A stretch of 64,000 nt of DNA from Gemmatimonadaceae bacterium. GTDB taxonomy: Bacteria; Gemmatimonadota; Gemmatimonadetes; Gemmatimonadales; Gemmatimonadaceae. Below are positions 59,380-64,000 of this stretch, piece after piece (the first letter of the stretch is position 1; each line of letters starts with the position of its first letter). Below the pieces are notes generated by a model. It saw only the letters and a program-made list of their open reading frames with translations. It did not search any database and was not told the origin of the DNA. A program made the translations under genes and the position numbers. The stretch lies in the NCBI GenBank assembly GCA_033763905.1, contig JANRJP010000093.1:29648-93647 (forward strand). The letters are read 5' to 3'.

Positions 59380-60806
59380 TTCACCGGGTTCCCGTCCGCG
59401 TCGCGGACGACGATGGGCCCCACCTTGAGCGCCGCGAGCATCGGCTCGAGCGTGGCCCGATCACCCACGATCACGATCGTCAGTTTGGTCGGATCGATGT
59501 AGGTCCGTGCCGCGCGCTGCACGTCGGCGGCGGTGACACCGCCAATGTTCGCCGAGTAGCGATTCCAATACGTGAGCGGCAGGCCATAGGTCGCCAGCGG
59601 CACCAACTGCCCCGCGATGTCGCCGGTGGTCTCGAAGTCCCCGGCCAGTTGGCGCTGCAGGTAGTCCTTCGTCTTGGTCAGCTCGGCGTCGGTCAGCCGC
59701 TCCCGAATCGCGCTGAGCTCCTTGAGAAACTCCACCAGTGCGGAGTCGCTCTTCCCCGAGACGATCTCGGCGTTCGCGAGCCAGGGCCCCGCGCCACGAC
59801 GCTGCGCGAAGCTCGAGCCGGCGCCGTAGGTATAGCCCTTCTTCTCCCGGAGGTTGTCGTTGAGGCGGCTCGTGAAGCTTCCACCCAACGTGGTGTTCAT
59901 CACCTGTACCGCGAAGGCATCCGCCGAGCGCCTGGCGAGCCCAACGCCGCCGATGCGGAAGCTGGCCTGCGGGGCGCCCGGCTTGTCCACGAGCGTGATC
60001 GTGGTTGGCTGCGCCGCCGGTGCCGCGGGCGGCCGACGCGTGGGTACCGCCTTCTTCTGCCAGGTCCCGAAGAGCGCCGCCACGCGACGCTCGGCGTCAT
60101 CGGGCGTGATATCGCCGACGATGATCATCGTGGCGTTGTTGGGCCGGTACCAGGTATCGTGAAAGGCCACGACGTCGGCGCGCGTAATGGCCTTCGTCGT
60201 CGCTTCGGTGCCGTCGACGGGACGGCCATATGGATGGGTCGGACCGAAGATCATTCGTGCCACCAGCCGCGACGCAATGACCGGCCCGCGATCCTTCGAC
60301 TGCAGCAGTTCGGTCAAGCGGTTCGTGCGCTGCCGCTCGAGTTCGGTGTCGCTGAACGCTGGGCGCAGCAGTACATCGGCCATCAGCGCCAACGCGCTGT
60401 CGAGTCTCGCTGCCGGTACGTGCAGGCCGACCGTCGAGGACTCGAACGACGAGGTGGTGAAGAGCGACGCGCCGAGCAATTGCGTCGCGTCCGCGAGTTC
60501 TAGCGCGGAGCGCGTGGTCGTGCCTTCGTCGAGCAGGTTCGCGGTCAGGGTGGCGAGACCGAGCTTCGCCTGCGGGTCGACTTCCGGGCCGGCGCGGACC
60601 ACCAGGCGCACATCGACCAGCGGCAGTTCGTGCTGCTCGACGACCCACAGCGTGAGCCCGTTGGGCAGCGTGCGCACCACGGTGGGCGGCAGCGTGAGCG
60701 CCCGCAGCGGGCCCAACGTCGGCGGTTGCGTGGGATACTGCGCCGCGAGCGGCGCGGCCGCGGCGACGACGCCGACGGCGAGCCGAGCGAGGATGTGGCG
60801 CATCAC
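59376..60806 (-). CDS. M16 family peptidase, non-catalytic subunit
   Basis: LPNGL, LLDEGT, LREKKGYTYG; no HxxEH. Confidence 0.9.
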   Translation of the reverse strand: MMRHILARLAVGVVAAAAPLAAQYPTQPPTLGPLRALTLPPTVVRTLPNGLTLWVVEQHELPLVDVRLVVRAGPEVDPQAKLGLATLTANLLDEGTTTRSALELADATQLLGASLFTTSSFESSTVGLHVPAARLDSALALMADVLLRPAFSDTELERQRTNRLTELLQSKDRGPVIASRLVARMIFGPTHPYGRPVDGTEATTKAITRADVVAFHDTWYRPNNATMIIVGDITPDDAERRVAALFGTWQKKAVPTRRPPAAPAAQPTTITLVDKPGAPQASFRIGGVGLARRSADAFAVQVMNTTLGGSFTSRLNDNLREKKGYTYGAGSSFAQRRGAGPWLANAEIVSGKSDSALVEFLKELSAIRERLTDAELTKTKDYLQRQLAGDFETTGDIAGQLVPLATYGLPLTYWNRYSANIGGVTAADVQRAARTYIDPTKLTIVIVGDRATLEPMLAALKVGPIVVRDADGNPVN

Positions 60807-62179
60807 TGGGTCACCCCCGTGACAGCGAGCTCGGTCTTGCCCTGCGGCACGACGGTCAAGGTGAGTCGGGGCTTGAGGAGATACGCGCGGGCGACGCGCT
60901 GGACATCGGCCGCCGTCACCGCGCGGTAGCGGGCGAGGTCCTTGGCGAGGAATCCGGCGTCACCGGTCTCGTAGAGGTACGCGTTGAGCTGATCCGCCTT
61001 GCCGAGCACACCGGACACGCGATCCAACGCGGAGGTCTCCATCATCGCAATCGCGCGTTGCACCTCGCGTTCGGTGACGCCGGCGTCGACGATGCGCTTG
61101 AGTTCCTCGTCAAGGGCCTTGGCCATCGCGGCGGGGCGCTGCCCCGGGCGAGGCGTAATGCTGACCTGGAACATCCCGGCGAGCCGCTGCCCTCCCTGAT
61201 ACGCCGAGACCGACTGCGCCACCTGCTCGCGATACACGAGCCGCTCGTAGAGGCGCGACGTCTTGCCCTGTCCGAGAATGGTGCCGAGCACATCGAGCGC
61301 CGCGTCGTCGCTGTGATAGCCCTTCACCGTGTGCCAGGCGACATACAGTCGCGGCAACTGGACCCGATCTTCCAGCGTCAGAAAGGTGTCGCGCGCGGCG
61401 GTGATCGGCGCCGGCGACGGCCGCGCCGGCATCTCGGGGCCGCGCGGAATGCCGCCGAAGAGCGAGGTGATCATCGTCTTCGCGCTGTCGACATCGAAGT
61501 CGCCCGCCACGGAAAGCAGCGCGTTGTTCGGTGCGTAGTAGGTGCGGAAGAAATCCTTGACGTCGTCGAGCTTCGCGGCCGAGAGATCCGCCATCGAGCC
61601 GATCGTTGGCCACGAGTACGGATGCGTGGGCGGATACATCGCGGCGAGAATGGTCTCGTAGGCGCGGCCGTACGGTTGATTGTCGTAGGACTGGCGGCGC
61701 TCGTTCTTCACGACATCGCGCTGCAGATCGAGCTTGGCTTGATCCATCGTCGGCAACAGGTAGCCCATGCGGTCGGCTTCGAGCCACAGCGCCAGCGGCA
61801 GCGCATTCGAGGGCATCCACTCGAAGTAGTTGGTGCGATCCTGATTGGTCGTACCGTTGTTGTTGCCACCGGCGGCTTCCAGCCACTGGTCGAACTTGCC
61901 AACCGGCACGTGCTGCGAGCCCATGAACATCACGTGCTCGAAGAGGTGCGCGAAGCCGGTGCGGCCGGGCTTCTCGTCACCGGACCCGACCTTGTAGTAG
62001 ACGTTGACCGCGACGACCGGTGTCGAGCGGTCCTGATGCAAGAGGACCTCGAGCCCGTTGGGCAGCACGAAGCGCTCGTGGGGAATCGAGGGGGCCGTCT
62101 GAGCGGCGGCGGCGCTGGCGGTGGCCAACCACGCCGCGCCGGCCATCACCGCCACGCGGGAAGCGACTCGCAGGAACAC
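60803..62179 (-). CDS. M16 family zinc peptidase, catalytic subunit
   Basis: GFAHLFEHVMF, DRTNY, VKNERR; signal peptide. Confidence 0.93.
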   Translation of the reverse strand: MFLRVASRVAVMAGAAWLATASAAAAQTAPSIPHERFVLPNGLEVLLHQDRSTPVVAVNVYYKVGSGDEKPGRTGFAHLFEHVMFMGSQHVPVGKFDQWLEAAGGNNNGTTNQDRTNYFEWMPSNALPLALWLEADRMGYLLPTMDQAKLDLQRDVVKNERRQSYDNQPYGRAYETILAAMYPPTHPYSWPTIGSMADLSAAKLDDVKDFFRTYYAPNNALLSVAGDFDVDSAKTMITSLFGGIPRGPEMPARPSPAPITAARDTFLTLEDRVQLPRLYVAWHTVKGYHSDDAALDVLGTILGQGKTSRLYERLVYREQVAQSVSAYQGGQRLAGMFQVSITPRPGQRPAAMAKALDEELKRIVDAGVTEREVQRAIAMMETSALDRVSGVLGKADQLNAYLYETGDAGFLAKDLARYRAVTAADVQRVARAYLLKPRLTLTVVPQGKTELAVTGVTQ

Positions 62180-62208
62180 GAAGGGGTCTCCGATAGGGAC
62201 CCCGAAGT

Positions 62209-64000
62209 CTATTCGATGCGCGTCAACCGAACGAGATCCAGCAGGGCGTCGTTGATGACGCCGTGCATATTGCGGTCGAGTGCGTCATAGCGCAGCTCCA
62301 CGACGTGCACGCCGGGGACGAGCCGTAGCAGCAGGCGATTCGACCAGCCCCACTGCGACCACGCGCCGCCGCCACGCTGCGGCATCACCACCACGCCGAC
62401 ATCCCGCCCATCGACCCGCACGGTGCGCAGGGCCGTCTTGTCTTCGGTGTTGATCGGTCCGTTCCCATTCGCGTACCGCACCTCGAGCGCATAGGTGCCA
62501 GCCGACGGGACACGGAGCGACACGCGCGCCGTGTTGCCCTTGTGCGCCGCGAGCGTGAGATAGCCGGTCCCGCTGAACCCGCTATACGCGCGCTCACGCG
62601 CACTGTCCGGCTTTGCCGTGATCACGGCGGCGGCGGCCACGGTGCGCACAGGCTCACTCAAGAACGAAGCCACGCCATCGGCCGACACCGCCTCGAGCTG
62701 CCACTCCTCGGCGCGCGGCGTCGCGGGCAGCCGATACTGCCGCGCGGCACGGCTCAGCGTGTCCACCGGGCGTCCGCCCCGGTGTACGACGTAGCGCGCC
62801 GCCCCTTCGACGGCTCGCCACCGGAGCGCTCCACCGGCGCGGGTGAGCCCGGGCGTCGCTGGCGCCACGACATCGGCGACCGTCGTGACTGACGACGCCG
62901 GCCAGCGGCCGTCGAGCTCGACCTCGACGCGATGCGCGCCGGTCAGCGACGATGGGATGACCGCCGTCGGTAGCGGCACGCCGTCGAGCAGCAGGCGTCG
63001 AACCCCGTCGCCGCTCCCGCGCACGACCACCTCCAGCGTCGCGCCGCGCCACCGCAGTCCACGCAAGGTGCGATCCCCGGCGTACGCGGGCGGAACCATC
63101 GGGGCAAAGCGCAGGCCGTCGCGTTCGAGGCGCAGCCCGAACAGCACGCGCAGCTGCGCGGCGAGCGTGCCCGCGACGCTCCACAGCTGTCGATCGGAGT
63201 TGAGCGCCGTGCCTTCGAAATGCCCCGTTTCCGCGACGAGGTTCTCCTTGTTGGTCAGAAAGAGCGCGGGCGCTCGCGCCAAGGCGGCCAGCCCGTGCTC
63301 CACCGCTGCGGTGTGGCGCGCGTCGGCCGCCGCCCAGGTCCAGAACGCCGCGACGAACGGCCACACGGTGGCATTGTGGTAGAACGGCACGCCACCGGTG
63401 TAGGGCCAGAACGTCGGTGCCCCAAAGGCCACGACGGGCGTGTTGGCCACCAACGCCCGCTGCCGCTCCTGCGGGACGGCCCCCGTCAGCAGTGCCAGCG
63501 CGGCGCCCAGCGTCTCGGACCGTCGCGACAGACTCGACGCCAGCCGGCCGTAGCGGAACTGCGCGTACCGGCCGTCTGCGGCACTCCAGAGGTCGCGATT
63601 CATCGCTGACGCCGTCGAGTCACGCCACGCGTCCCAGCGTGTGGCATCTCGGCCGAGCGCGCGCGCCATCTCGCCCCCCACGCGATACGCACCGACGTGC
63701 ACCGCGTTGGTCCCCACAGCCATCGACTGATAGATGTCCGCTGGCTGCATCCACGCCGGATAGCTCTGCTCGCGCCAATCGAGGAAGGACGACTCGCCGA
63801 GCATCAGCCCGGTTGCGGCATCCACCGCCGCGTGCCGATCCGCAGTCACGCTACGCTCCAGAATCTCGTAGGCCTGCGTGAGCCACTGCCGGTCGCCGGT
63901 CGCGGCGTACACCTCCCACGCGGCGAGCGCCCAGGTCATTCGGTCGGTGGACACCGGCCAGGAGCCGCCGGTGCCCGTGTCCTGAATGATGCGGCCCGAG
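62209..64000 (-). CDS. glycoside hydrolase (MGH1/amylo-alpha-1,6-glucosidase-like) with C-terminal CBM-like domain; 5' end outside window
   Basis: QDTGTGGSWPVSTDR, GESSFLDWREQSYP, YHNATVWPF, RYANG beta-sandwich. Confidence 0.75.
   Translation of the reverse strand, partial: SGRIIQDTGTGGSWPVSTDRMTWALAAWEVYAATGDRQWLTQAYEILERSVTADRHAAVDAATGLMLGESSFLDWREQSYPAWMQPADIYQSMAVGTNAVHVGAYRVGGEMARALGRDATRWDAWRDSTASAMNRDLWSAADGRYAQFRYGRLASSLSRRSETLGAALALLTGAVPQERQRALVANTPVVAFGAPTFWPYTGGVPFYHNATVWPFVAAFWTWAAADARHTAAVEHGLAALARAPALFLTNKENLVAETGHFEGTALNSDRQLWSVAGTLAAQLRVLFGLRLERDGLRFAPMVPPAYAGDRTLRGLRWRGATLEVVVRGSGDGVRRLLLDGVPLPTAVIPSSLTGAHRVEVELDGRWPASSVTTVADVVAPATPGLTRAGGALRWRAVEGAARYVVHRGGRPVDTLSRAARQYRLPATPRAEEWQLEAVSADGVASFLSEPVRTVAAAAVITAKPDSARERAYSGFSGTGYLTLAAHKGNTARVSLRVPSAGTYALEVRYANGNGPINTEDKTALRTVRVDGRDVGVVVMPQRGGGAWSQWGWSNRLLLRLVPGVHVVELRYDALDRNMHGVINDALLDLVRLTRIE

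Overview
High-GC bacterial chromosome segment, mostly on the minus strand. The gene content and lineage-type hypothetical genes suggest Gemmatimonadota (inference only). From left to right it contains: (1) the alpha ribosomal operon rpmJ-rpsM-rpsK-rpsD-rpoA, detached from the spc operon; (2) smpB-amidase-pyrD-pyrF and tRNA-Leu; (3) a ~14 kb co-oriented run with NamZ, a PIP-synthase-like gene, ino1, 2-oxoacid dehydrogenase E1a/E1b/E2, PHP, a pteridine-reductase-like SDR, a Cys-rich unknown, trxB and Rrf2; (4) IscA, a sodium:solute symporter and an amino-sugar kinase; (5) amino-acid transporters flanking a membrane pyrophosphatase; (6) a tonB-exbB-exbD-exbD-tonB-like cluster; (7) two two-component systems and hsp20; (8) an arsR-arsM-arsN2::arsC operon with no efflux pump, a chemoreceptor and tRNA-Ala; (9) an alternative complex III operon (actABCDEF); (10) sodA, speA, an M16 peptidase pair and a truncated glycoside hydrolase. 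I found no CRISPR array, integrase or transposase. The most notable signals are a perfect Rex box in front of the complex III operon, an NtrC-like regulator with degenerate ATPase and GAFTGA motifs facing a sigma54-type hsp20 promoter, 11-bp-phased repeats before tonB, an inositol-lipid gene pair, and a Cys-rich Rossmann-like unknown coupled to the SDR. Start codons shorter than the ORF track were chosen by eye from RBS position and stop/start overlaps.
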